From: Zygnema circumcarinatum SAG 698-1b
Taxonomy: Eukaryota > Plantae > Zygnematophyceae
Direction: 5' to 3'
Length of the DNA: 64,000 nucleotides
Assembly: GCA_037447605.1 (NCBI GenBank)
Contig: CM074821.1
Span: forward strand, 1,736,001 to 1,800,000
Shown here: piece after piece, positions 41,818 through 53,600 of the stretch
Layout: each line of letters begins with the position of its first letter
How positions within the stretch are numbered: position 1 is the stretch's first letter
The notes under the pieces: model-generated
Told to the model about the DNA's origin: nothing
Seen by the model: the letters and a program-made list of their open reading frames with translations, nothing else
The model's database searches: none
Position numbers and translations under genes: made by a program

Positions 41818-42588
41818 TATACCTATACCTATACCTATACCTATACCTATACCTATACCTATACCTATACCTATACCTATACCTATACCTATACCTATAC
41901 CTATAACTCTTTAGGTACCTATGCCTATACTTATAGGTCTACAGGTACCTATACCTACACCTATATTTATAGGTCTATAGGTACCTATATGTATAGGTAC
42001 AGGTATACCTATAGTACCTAGAGGCCTACCTGCACTAACACGTGGTTTGGCTCGTTTGGACCAATCACGTGCAAGCGTCCCGAGAATCGGAATTGTTGCC
42101 ACGTGTCAACAAAATACCAGCACACCTGAAATCACGCCTTCGGGCAGCACCAACAAACGAATGAATGAATATGGAAAAGAAAGGAAAAAAAAAAGACAAG
42201 AAAAAGTTAGCGGGAAAGGTGAGTTTTGCAAGTACAGGAGTTTAAATGATGGCTATAGCTAAAAACGAAAAAAAAAAAAAAGGAAAGATATCATAAATCC
42301 AATTGAGAAAATTAAATTTCTGAAAACTGCTCACCTCTCCCCATGGATTCCGCTCAATTTCTTCGACCTGCCCAGCCAATATGGAGCCGATAAAAAATAG
42401 AAATTAGACATTGTAGGTTGTAAAAATATTTGCATATTTACACCAGTTCAGAAAAATGTCGCCCCTTTGGCTATTTTCAAAATCAAAGTTTGAATTTTGC
42501 AGGAAAAGAAAAGGAGAGAAAAAAAAACACCTTATGGCTTCGCATGTCGGTATGAAACTGGAGCTGATTTGTTCCTTCCACAAAACCC
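40940..42588 (-). CDS. Pyridoxamine 5'-phosphate oxidase-related FMN-binding protein (PPOX2-like); first exon not found
   Basis: Exons 42588-42531 ([19 protein letters not shown]), 42367-42335, 42125-42030 ([16 protein letters not shown]), 41449-41282, 41029-40940 ([11 protein letters not shown]...VNP*). The expected N-terminal QLAT...GRP.NRTVVFR segment is absent from the readable sequence. Confidence 0.82.
41708..41905. repeat. (ATACCT/ATACCC)n hexamer microsatellite in a PPOX intron
   Basis: About 33 tandem ATACCY units, flanked by ataggtacctat-type palindromes. Confidence 0.95.
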
Positions 42589-43151
42589 CTGGAGAGAGGG
42601 AGAGAGGGAGAGAGGAAGAGAGGGAGAGAGGGAGGGAGAGAGGGAGAGAGGGAGAAAGGGAGAAAGGGAGAAAGGGAGAGAGGGAGAAAGGGAGAGAGGG
42701 AGAAAGGGAGAGAGGGAGAGAGGGAGAGAGGAAGAGAGGGAGAGAGGGAGGGAGAGAGAGAGAAAGGGATTGAGGGAGAGAGGGAGAGAGGGAGAAAGAG
42801 AGAGAGGGAGAGAGGGAGAGAGGGAGACGGAGAGAGGGAGAGAGGGCGAGAGGGCGAGAGGGAGAGAGGGAGAGAGGGAGAGGAAGGAGGGAAGGGAGGG
42901 AAGGGAGGGAAGGGAGGGAAGGGAGGGAAGGGAAAGAAACTGAGGCTGTGCCGTTTCAAAATGTTGTATTTCTTGAGTTTAGTTTCATTGCATTCATGTT
43001 TTGTGATTGTATTTTTGGCTTTCGCAGCAGGAAGCAATTGCAGACAATCAANNNNNNNNNNNNNNNNNNNNNNNNNNNNNNNNNNNNNNNNNNNNNNNNN
43101 NNNNNNNNNNNNNNNNNNNNNNNNNNNNNNNNNNNNNNNNNNNNNNNNNNN

Positions 43152-43792
43152 ACCACAAAATAGAGATAAGCAAAATTTTCACAAATATGGTTAAGGAAAA
43201 ATGATAAAAAAAAATATTGCCTTTGGTATTAAGGAAGAGCTCTAGGTAGAGAGTAGTCATACCTTAAGCTTCTTTAACCTTTCTCTACTCATCACATGTT
43301 CAAACAAGAAAAAAAGTAACAATGTAAATACTTTGTCACTTTTTTTTACTCATGTCACTTTACAATTTCTCAAAACAAGAGTCTTTCTTATATAACTTGC
43401 AAGAAAGAAAAGAAAAATTTCACGAGTTTCTCGTATTCGATGAAAAAACACCGTTTCCCCACTTGAAAGCACTGGAGAAACGGCATCTTTTCACATGCTG
43501 AATACGAGAAACGGGTAAAATTTCTCTTTTCTTTCTTGCACGATATATGAGAGAGACTTTAGTTTGGAGAAATTATAAAGTAACATAAGTAAAAAAAAGT
43601 GACATAATACTTACGTTGATACTTTTATTCTTGTTTGAACTTGTAATGAGTACAAGAAGAGTTAAAGAAACATAAAATATGACTATTCTCTACCCATAAC
43701 TCTTCTTTTATACCAAAGGCAATATTTTTTTTGCCATTTTTCCTCAATTATATTTGTGAAAATTTTGCTTATCTCCTTTTTGTGGTTAGGCC
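43152..43792. mobile_element. AT-rich fold-back MITE (Tourist/PIF-Harbinger-like); left terminus lies in the N gap
   Basis: Near-full-length palindrome: accacaaaatagagataagcaaaattttcacaaatat... (43152) mirrors ...atatttgtgaaaattttgcttatctcctttttgtggt (43786); loop near 43461-74. Right end ...ggttaggcc followed by TAA fits a GGCC terminus with a TWA TSD. Confidence 0.8.
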
Positions 43793-43884
43793 TAACACAC
43801 AATCAGGGCATTGGAAAAGCTCGAGCCAACAGAATTTTAGAGTTGCGGCAGAAAAATCCGTTTAATAGGGTAAATGAGAGATTC

Positions 43885-44086
43885 TCACTTGTCAAGACGA
43901 CAAACTAAAAAATGTCTGCAAATAATTGAGAGACTTACCCGATGTTGAAGTTCTAACTTCATAAAGATTTCGTAGTACGGCACATTAGTCTTCCTATGGT
44001 GCACGCCTATCTTGCACGACTGCCAAACCTTCATAATATCCACTTTATTGCCACAAAGGACAATAGGGATGATGGAGTCACATACT
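43885..44086 (-). pseudogene. RAN: Degraded fragment of a Ran GTPase exon
   Basis: After acceptor GTGCAG it reads RVCDSIIPIVLCGNKVDIMKVWQSCKIGVHHRKTNVPYYEIF, matching Ran RVCENIPIVLCGNKVD...HRKKNLQYYEIS. Similarity then decays; no other Ran exons nearby. Confidence 0.8.
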
Positions 44087-44519
44087 CTGCACATAACAAC
44101 ATGCAAACCCCTCTACTCAATAAACAGAATTGAGCTCCGGTGTCTTAGGGGACATACGAAACAACTGCAGAGGCTGCTTCCCATTGCCTGAAAAAGATTA
44201 ACTTGAACCACAACTGTTGCCTCACCAATCATAGCAGCATCAAACGACCGAGACTGTGCCTTTCCAAGGCGCTCTCTCACCTTACGCCAGCAATGCCGAT
44301 GCATTCCTAAGACTAATCTACCACACTCATAAGGGGAGAGGGAAGAGGGGAGAGAGGGGAGAGGGAAGAGGGGAGAGGGGAGAGGGAGAGAGGGGAGAGG
44401 GGAGAGGGGAGAGGGGAGAGGGGAGAGGGAAGAGGGAAGAGGCAACGGCAGGAAGAATATGGTGTTGCATCACATAGGCAACGTGTCGCCAATCTCTTCT
44501 CCTTCGACTCCTCCGTCGC

Positions 44520-45455
44520 TAGGGTTGGGGGCACGGTCCCCCTCCGACCCGTGCCCAGGGGCACGTGCCCCCCCCCCCTTGGGGGGGGGGCATGCCCCTT
44601 TTTCGTGCCCCGTGACGTGACTGCATTGAGCAATTCAAATCGGCCCAAAAAAGAATATAATATTTTAAAAATCGGTACGGATGAAGGTACGGAAAGTACA
44701 GATGAATGTACTACAGTCAACAGTCCTCATATTTTCGCCATGGTTTTGGCAAATATGAGGCGAAAATATTGATTTTTGCAAATAGAAGGTTCGTGTTACC
44801 AATAGACGGGCGGTATTGTTAGAGTTCATGTTAGAGTTCATGTTGGACCGTACATATCGTACCGTACCATATCGTACCGTATCGTACCGCGTCGTTCAGT
44901 ATCGTATCGTATCGTGTCGAAACGGAGCCAAGAAGGTGGAAAGACGAGCGAGCGCCTCTTACGGCGGCACGTGCGGGAAGATTCGGTGAGTTTTGCTGAA
45001 GCCCGTAACGGCTAGTACAGCAAGTACGGCAAGTACGGCTAGTACTGCTAGTACGGTTTGTAGGGTTTCTAGGGTTTTAGGGTTTTAGGGGTACGGATAG
45101 TACGGGTAGTACGGCTAACACAGGGTTACTGTACAAAAAGGTGGTTTCGGCAAAATCGGGGCGAATTTCTTGGGGACGCACTGTACAGGGTGGAAAATAT
45201 GAGGACTGTTGACTGTAAATGTACGGATAAAGGTACAAATGTACGGAAAATATGAAAAGTACGGACAGTACTCAACACAACAATCGTCACCGGCCCGGGC
45301 CCGGTCGCTCGAGGTAAGCGTCACGTGACAGGGGGCACGGGGGGGCACGAAATATATGGGGAAAATTTTTGGAGGCGTGCCCCGGGCACGGACGGTCAAA
45401 AATGGGGGGCATGCCCCCCCCCGGGCATGCCCGTGCCCCCGTGCCCCCAACCCTA
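44520..45455. mobile_element. Non-autonomous TIR element (~936 bp)
   Basis: Perfect 17-bp inverted termini TAGGGTTGGGGGCACGG (44520-36) / CCGTGCCCCCAACCCTA (45439-55). Internal inverted match acagtcaacagtcctcatatttt (44713) vs aaaatatgaggactgttgactgt (45194). The terminal TA could be a TA TSD; no 8-bp TSD. Confidence 0.8.
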
Positions 45456-46055
45456 CCGCCCACCCATTGCTGGCCGGCAGAATCTTTTCCGACCGATGGA
45501 CATTCACTAGTCTGCGGCGTGAAACTGACCATCGATCCGGAGAAATCGGACAGTCCAGATTGTCCCGACTCATCGGCCAAAATCTTGGCGGCTGCCTCTA
45601 GAGCCGTGTTGTTGTTGTTGTTGTTGTTGGCGGTGGGCCCAGAAGCGAAGTTGCGCTCATGCCTTGTTGTTGTCGTCCCTACAGGTCCACCCGTAGGAGC
45701 TCCTCGTGGTTCCTCACGCGGTGGTTGTCCGTACGCATGCGATGGCATCGCCATGCGCGCGACCCATGCTCATGCCCATCCCCTTCCCGGACCGTACCGT
45801 ACCGTACTTTGGCGGTCGGAGTCGGAAAAGCCGTTTTCCGTTTTCCGAAAAGCCCTTTTCCGACTCGGTGTGAGGCCCACTGGTCGGAATACAATTCCGA
45901 ACTTTGATTCCAGTAAGTGACGCCAATCGGGGACTCGCACGTGCGATGTCGCCTCTTCGCCAATCGGAGGCGACTTGCGCTCTGGCGCTAAAGGCCAAGG
46001 GCCGGCGAGGAGAGGACCTGCGCTTGCATCCAGCCCTTTCTGCCTCAAGTTCCCC

Positions 46056-48615
46056 ATGTCTGCTTGGAGGGGGTCGCCATGGCTCTCTATTTGGATGGCC
46101 CTAGCGGTAGGGTTCAGCATCGGAGTGTGGTTCTGCCATATTATAGAACATGATTGGAACTCGATGCAGCTCGCTCCTCCAGCTGTCAGAGGAGGAGCCC
46201 TACCTGAACCCTTCGAGCTGCTTGCTTCAACTTCCATCTCTCCCTCTCCTCCTCCCCCCGCCCTCAATGCTCCGTCTGACACTGCAGAAATCTCCGGAGA
46301 CATCACTCCGTCTAGCACTGCTCCCTCTCCGCCCCCTCCTCCCTCTCCCTCTCTCTCTCCCCCTCCGGCCGGCCCGAACCCTCCATGGCGGACTGGCCGT
46401 GGGGAGGATTCGTTCGACCCGGATCAGAAGTACTTGTTCTATGAGAGAAATTCGCGTGATTTTTTCGCGGGAGTGAGTCACCGGCGGTGGAGCTACACGT
46501 GCATGGCGGGGGAGGCCCTGCTGCTTCGGCGAATCTTCGTGCTCGACCTGGAGGTGGGAGTCGTGTTCGTGCACAACGACGGCAATAATTCCATCACTCC
46601 CTTCGCGCTCTACTTCGACTTGGAAAAAGCGCGCAAGTAAGTGCTAATGGCCTGTCAAAACATAATGAGTATGATGTTTTTCTAAAAAATAAAATGTGCA
46701 GGGGGTATTCAGTTGTCACTAGGCCAAAACTGGTGTTATTTTTTGTTTTTTTATTCAAAACTTGGAAGAAACTTTCAGTTGGGGATGATGGGTATTCCTG
46801 AGGTAACACAGCGAATAAAAAATAAAAGAAAGGTAAGCCGAGGGGGAAGTGCGGCTAAGCGTGAAGAAAAATGAAGATGAGTATGGCTGTGAGCCAACGG
46901 CTGCTTGAGCTGCAAGTCTTCCCCACATATGCCCTTCCGCTTTCTTAGTCGAGGTTTGGCGGAACTGTTTGGCACACGTTCTATGCAGAACCCTCCCAAT
47001 AATTGACATGAAAGTGTTCCTAGACGGATGGGCGAAATGGGTGGCCCTTCGGCCAGAAAATAACCGCTCTGTTTTGGAAGCTCCAATCACAAATGGGCCG
47101 CCTTTTGAAGAGATTCAGAAGAGCAATGCCCCCATCGTTTACCGCTCCTATGGAGAGAGCAGCTACGCATTTGACGTGTGCCTGCAGAACCCGGTGAGGC
47201 AGAGAGACTTGCCTAAAAGTCGCATTCTTTTCTACAAAGATGTTTCAAGGATTTTTTTTTTTTTTTGTTTCACTGACCTTTTTAGAGTATTCTTAAAAGT
47301 CACGAGCGTCTGGAAAGGGGGAGGGAGGGAGGGAGGGAGGGAGTGAGGGATGGGAAAAGAGAAGTGAGTGACGAAAAGTAGAGGAGAGGAGAGAGAGAGA
47401 GAGAGAGAGAGGAAGGAAGGAGGGTAACGCATAGAGATGCAGGAAAGGAGAGAGGACAGGAGAGAGAGAGAGAGGAGAGAGAGAGAGAGGAAGGAAGGAG
47501 GGTAACGCATAGAGATGCAGGAAAGGAGAGAGGACAGGAGAGAGAGAGAGAAAGGAAGGAAGGAGGGTAACGCATAGAGATGCAGAAAAGGAGAGAGGAC
47601 AGGAGAGAGAGAGAGGAAGGAAGGAGGGTAACGCATAGAGATGCAGGAGGGAGAGAGGACAGGAGAGAGAGAGAGAGAGAACAGGAGAGAGTGAGAGAGA
47701 GAGAGGAAGGAAGGAGGGTAACGTATAGAGATGCAGGAAAGGAGAGAGGACAGGTTGATGAAATCCAAACTATCTCATTTGCAAGCACTCAAGTCTATTT
47801 TCATTTCATGCTTTTCTTTCCTTTGCAGAACATTCAACGTCCTTATGGAGCTTTCCTATTTTCGCCATCCCTTTTAAAGATCGCGTATACAATTCTTGGA
47901 GATATGAAATATTACTTTGTGGCTCTGCATGTTCGGAGAGGCGATAAAGTAAAGCACCCAGATATGTGGCCCCACCTTGATGAAGATACGAGCCCACCTC
48001 AGTAAGTGCTAAAACGTCTCCTCAGTTTTACTTCAAACCTAACATAAAAACCTCAAATTGTCATCACTTAAAGTATGAACTCTTTAACCATCATGGAGTA
48101 GTAACTGATCTGTCTCGCCATCTGTATGGTGTGCAGTTTGTTAGAAGTTTTGCAGAAGAGAAATATCTCTACCGAGCGAACAATTTACATCGCCACAAAC
48201 GAGAAGCAGCCCGGATTTTTTGATCCACTTTCCGCTCATTATAGGGTCAGACAATTGAGCGATTTCAAGCACTTGTGGGAGAAGGGAAGTGAATGGTGGA
48301 ATGAAGCAAAGGCAATTGTTGGTGAGGAGAAGGAGCCGAAATTTGATGGAATGATGGCGGTAAGAACCTTCAAACAGGTCTCTCTCACAAACAGAGGGAG
48401 AGAGAAAGTGAGAGCGCGAGAGAGAGGGAGAGGGAGAGTTTGAAGGAATATCAGAGTCTAGTCATGCTGATGCTCATTCTTTCTTGATAATGCATACTTT
48501 CTATTGCTTGCAGGGAATTGTCGACTATACTGTTATGAGCTACACAAACGAGCAGATCGAAACGTTCAATGATTTGACCGATACTCCAAAACATGGCGTC
48601 CAAAGCTCCCAGTAG
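46056..48615 (+). CDS. SUB1-family (O-fucosyltransferase-like) type II membrane protein, paralog B, 427 aa, 5 exons
   Basis: Exons 46056-46636, 46989-47193, 47829-48001, 48137-48359, 48514-48615. N-terminal TM; motifs KYLFY, CMAGEALLLRRIFVLD, VALHVRRGDK, WPHLDEDTSP, IYIATNE, FDGMM, IVDY, IETFNDLT, as in the Arabidopsis SUB1 family (from recall). Confidence 0.88.
47411..47755. repeat. Minisatellite, 5 copies of ggaaggaaggagggtaacgcatagagatgcaggaaaggagagaggacagg, in paralog B intron 2
   Basis: Copies near 47411, 47489, 47553, 47614, 47705, separated by variable (GA)n. Confidence 0.9.
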
Positions 48616-49118
48616 TTATGCAATTTGCAGAGACAGTAAACCCTTGAATGTGCTTTCCCTGACCAGCCTTCCCATCCTCGCCATGGCCGCCATGATGTCC
48701 CGCGGCATCATGCATGGCCCGCTCAGCAAGCAGCAAGGCTCTATGTGTCCAGTTAGAGATGCCGTCCGTTCCGTGATTCCGTGTTACAGGATTAGTGACT
48801 GCGGCATGGAGTCAGTTCTGTTGCAGATTGTGTAAAAGGAAAAGGAAGCACAACCCTAAACTTAGTCCATAGAGCTTTCCTTCCTTCCCGCTACAGATAG
48901 CAGCAGGCTGCAGCAAGGCTCCATGTGCTCAGTTAACGACTTCATCCGTTCCGTTTTCACGGTTGCAGTAAGTGAGCGAGCAGAGAGCAGGTTTCGCTCT
49001 CACTTACTTTTTGGCGGCTGCCACTCGCTCTCTCTCCTTCCCTCAGCTGTAAGGGTGTGGGAGGTGGTGGAAATATGAAGGGGAAACATTGGGTGGGACG
49101 CACTGTACTTGGAAAATG

Positions 49119-49149
<31 letters not shown>

Positions 49150-49468
49150 AATGATGATGATGATGATAATAATGATGATGATGATGATGATGCGAGCGAG
49201 AGTGAATGTGATGCATGGTGATGCCACGCTCTAGGTAGAAGTTTTTCTTTTCTTAAACCAAAAAAAATCTTCTTTAAGGCTTTTATGGTATTTAAGGTTG
49301 ATCCCTCCAAACCAATATCAAATTGTCCCCTAAATAGTTTATTTACGACCCTAAGGTATATCCCTTACTTGACGAGGCCTGTTGATACTGTAACTCTGTT
49401 CTCTACGACCGTCGAGCCGTACAGCCTTACTGCCGTACAGTGGTACATTCGTACAACAGAATAAAGTT

Positions 49469-50210
49469 AGGGTGTGCTAAATTCACACCTTTTTTGTCTA
49501 GACACAGACCTTTTTTCGCGGGGCAGATTCTAAAATAGACCAAAAAGGATTTAAAACAGAAAATGCTCTTTTGATACCATTTTGGAATCGATACACACCT
49601 TGTTCCGTCCAGCAGATTTTATTTTACAATCCACTGCGTTCAATCTCCGCCGTCGATTTAATCGAAGATCGTACCATGACAGATCACCGTTAGATCTGCC
49701 AGCGGGGCTCAGTCCCAGCGAATGGCACGTTCCCACGTGACCCGCCAAAGCCGGCTCGCACCTGCGAGTTCGCGTCTCCCTCGGCCTGAGACCTCCGCAA
49801 AACTATGAGCTGGACAAGCCAGCCTGCGGAACACTGACAGCTAATCACCATCTGCCACGTGTTATTTTGTATGATGTAGCAAATTGTGATTGGTTCAGGC
49901 TCACAATGTACGGTATCTCGCCTTCCTGGAAGCTGCAAATGTACAGAGTTTGTACGGACTCGATTCGGTTACCAATATCCGTACGGACGCGTCCAGGTGC
50001 CGTCGCGTGCCGTCCGCGAACTTACGGTCTGTCCGTCTTACCGAGGACACGTGGGCGCGTGCCATTCGCTGGGACTGAGCCCGGCTACGGATCGGACGGC
50101 TGCCTTGGTGCGATCTGCGACAGAATCGACGGCGGGGATTCAACGCACGTGTAGAGGACGCGCACACTCTTCCTCTCCGAGCGGATTCGGGCAGGCCCTA
50201 ACATATTTTC
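49469..50210. mobile_element. Second, diverged and right-truncated copy of the 23872-24851 fold-back element
   Basis: Starts agggtgtgctaaattcacacctttttt gtctagacacag; shares the arm and the central spacer (gcaaaactatgagctggac...gcaaattgtgattg...aatgtacggtat); right arm ends at gcggattcgggcagg (~50195). Confidence 0.85.
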
Positions 50211-50633
50211 GCCTCTAAAAAGAAATTCAAAGGGGGGCGGGATATCCGAAATAGGGGAGGGATTATCATTTCCCTTTTTTTTCTTAGAGGTTTCCCGAAG
50301 AGGGCTAGTCCCTTAAGAACACGCAAAGTTCCATACTATATTTTCCTCGGCAACGAATCATAGTGAACCCATATAATAGAAAGAGCTCTTTGACTCCACT
50401 CACTAAACTCCTCCTCCTTGAGCCTTTAATCCTTGCAGACTCCAACCTAAGCATCAGCTGACAGACAGGACCTTTAACATATAAGAGAGGCCTTGCGAAA
50501 CACCAACAGACTCCACATCGACACTTCACCTTATGTGTTCCCACTAGCCTCTCTTCATTCTACGACTGTCAAGACTCCCTTTTGCTTCCCTTAAACTGAT
50601 GAATTTTTCTTTCTCTGCTAAAAAATCCAAATT

Positions 50634-53600
50634 TTAACTCGGAAGTGTTCCGCATTGATTTTTTCTGAAGTAATCCGGCTCCAAATACTGGAGGAGCATT
50701 GTCTGCAGGCGGGCCGTACCGGCTGTGGGCCTAAGCACGCGAGGGTCGCCCACCACCCGGCAGGGGTCCCTACCCGCCTCCTCCCCCACGCACCACCCCC
50801 CGGGTGTGAAGTAGCCCCGAGTGCGGTTCAAAAGCTCCCTGCATGCATAAACACAACATGAGAATCAATACCATGGCAAGGCATGCCATACACATGAGCT
50901 ACCATGCACAAACATGCAAAAAATCCGAGAAAAGTGGAGTTCCCATGCATGGTCTCTGCATGCCTTCATATGCATGGCAGCGCTGCGTGCAGAGAGGGCT
51001 CACTTGTCAATCTTGTCCAGAACTTTGCTCTCTGCCTTGAATTTTCTCGCAAAGGCATCTCCAGTTTCAACGAAACTATCGAAATTTTGAGAAATAAGAT
51101 ATTCCGGATGTTGCTGCCAAGGTCAAGCCCACCACGACTACTTATTCCAGATTAGAATTTATCAATCATTTCGCCGGTAACAACAAACTGCACGCTAGCA
51201 AATACAAAGCAACTTTTATACTTCACATGTGCAGAATGTGCTCCATTTTCCCATACCCCTTCGTATCACAACCCCTCCTTTTTTTTTCATTTTTTCCCTA
51301 TGAATGGAGTAATAGAGCAAGGGTCCAAGACTTGCCTGATCGCCCCACCAAAGGACGTATCGCAGGTCTTCATTCACAACCGTAGTATTGAACTCCTCCG
51401 AATTACAGATCACAGTTTGGAAGTAATGTTCGGGGGAGCTCACAAAATTTGCATAATACATGAGGGCAACGCGGGGGAGGTTGTCCCATCCCAAAATTAC
51501 AAACTCCGAAAAAGGGCGGGAAAGAATCACCCATGCTTCGCCTGCATGCAAAAAAGTCACAAAATGAAAAATGCATCTTTAGGTTTCGATTTTTCTGGAC
51601 TAGCGTATGATGAAGAGCTGTGAAACTATATGCTGATATGATTTTTAGAAGTGATCAATGGGGCAAGCCGCTGAAGGAGTTTCCAGAATAGGTTGGGTAT
51701 TACTGTGTTGATGGCAGCAATAAAAGCTGTAGGGAGTGGGAGGGAGTGAGAAGGTGAAAGTGGGAGTAGAAGAGTAAGGGAGGGAATGGGAGAGTGGAGG
51801 GAGCGGGAGTGTGAGGGAGGGAGTGGGAGGGTGTGGGAGGGAGTGGGAGTGTGTGGGAGGGAGTGGGAGGGTGTGGGAGGGAGTGGGAGAGTGAGGGAGG
51901 GAGTGGGAGGGTGAAAGAGGGAGTAGGAGAGTAAGGGAGGGAGTGGGAGGGTGAGGGAGGGAGTGGGAGTGGGAGGGTGAAAGTGGGAGTAGGAGAGTAA
52001 GGGAAGGAGGAAGAGAGTGGAGGGAGTGGGAGTGTGAGTGTCAGTGAGGGAGTGGGAGGATGAGGGTAAGGGAGGCACAGGGAGAGTGAGGGAGGGAGTG
52101 GGAGGGTGATGCGGGTGAGGGAGGGAGGGGAAGAGTGCGAGAGAAAGTGGGAGGGTGAAGAAGTCGACAGGGGGAGTGGGAGAGTATTGGAGGCAGTGGG
52201 AGGGCGAGGGAGGCAGTGTGAGGTCAAAAGGGAGTGGAGGAGTAAGGGACTGGGAAGGTGAGGGAGGGAGTGGGAGGGTGAAAGAGGGAGTAGGAGAGTA
52301 AGGGAGGGAGTGGGAGAGTGGAGGGAGTGGTAGTGTGAGAGAGTGGGAGGGTGGGAGTGGGAGGGTGTGGGAGGGAGTGAGAGAGTGATGGAGGGAGTGG
52401 CAGGATGAGGGTGAGGGAGGCAGTGGGAGAGGAAGGGAGTGGGAGGGTGGTGAGGGTGGGGGAGGGAGCGGAAGAATTGAAGAGTGGAGGGTGAAGATGT
52501 CGACAGAGGGAGTGGGAGAGTATTCGACGCAGTGGGAGGGCGAGAGAGGAAGTGGGAGGGTGATGGAGGGAGTGGGAGAGTAAAGAGGGAGTGGGAGAGT
52601 AAAGAGGGAGTGGGAGAGTGGAGGGAGTGGTAGTGTAAGGGAGTGGGAGGGTGTGGGAGGGAGTGAGAGAGTGATGAAGGGAGTGGGAGCGTAAAAGAGG
52701 GAGTGCCGAAAGGCAGCACGTATGATATTGGAGCAGGACAGGTCTCAGAGAAACTCACCGTGGTACATTGTGAAGATTTTTGGCAGTGTTCGATTGGCTT
52801 CTATTTCAATAATATCCGATTTTCTGTTTTCGTAAAGTGCGGGATCGAGAAATATCGGTTGGCCCCTCGCAGCTCTGCTCCACAAAGAAAATGCATAAAT
52901 AAAACTATATGTTAGTCATGTTATGTTCTTTTTTTCGTCTTGTATTCATAAAGCGGTTTCTAGCACATGAGAGGGGGCTCCTTCAAGCATGACTTTGTGA
53001 AGTATTGATGCTTGCAGAAAGACAAGTTAAAATAAAGGAAGAGCGAAAGCAGACATACGCTTTCCACCCAAGTCTCCTTTCATGTTGAAGAAAGTTGAGG
53101 TTTCTCGGAAGAGGAGCGAAGGCTTTCATCAGATCTGTGTGGTCGCCCCCTCGCACACTTATCAGTTCCGTTTCACTTCCTCAGTTTTCAACATAGAACA
53201 AGGCGTTTTACCCTGCAGATATGCTCAAAAAAATGGGGAGAAAAAGAAAGGAAGCCCTTCTAGCCCAACCTATGCTACATCGCAGACCCATGCAGAATTT
53301 TACATGCTACAACTACAACTACAACTACAACTACAACTACATGCTACAAATGAATGCTGCATGTAGCATGCTGAATGTATGTACCGTCCGGAGTGATGAG
53401 AGGGTAATCCGTGGCACTGAGATTGATGAACCAATCCCAGTCCTTGCTCTGCATCAAGTGCAGGGCCAAGCCGTGCAGGTAAGTGGAGAGCATGGTCACG
53501 CCCTTGTAGGTCACCGGATTGGCGGGCTCAATGATGCGGACATTCCCGACGGACTGAAAGATCGGCTCCTTTTCAACAAACTTTTTAAGCGCTTTGAACT

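Noticed and set aside
44512-45463. hAT assignment from TAGGG termini
   Set aside because: The 8-bp flanks differ (tccgtcgc vs ccgcccac), so there is no hAT-type TSD.
51345-51350. Canonical GT donor (TG|GTGGGG) for GT14 exon 5
   Set aside because: It gives phase 2, and no downstream acceptor restores the QHP...FARKF frame.
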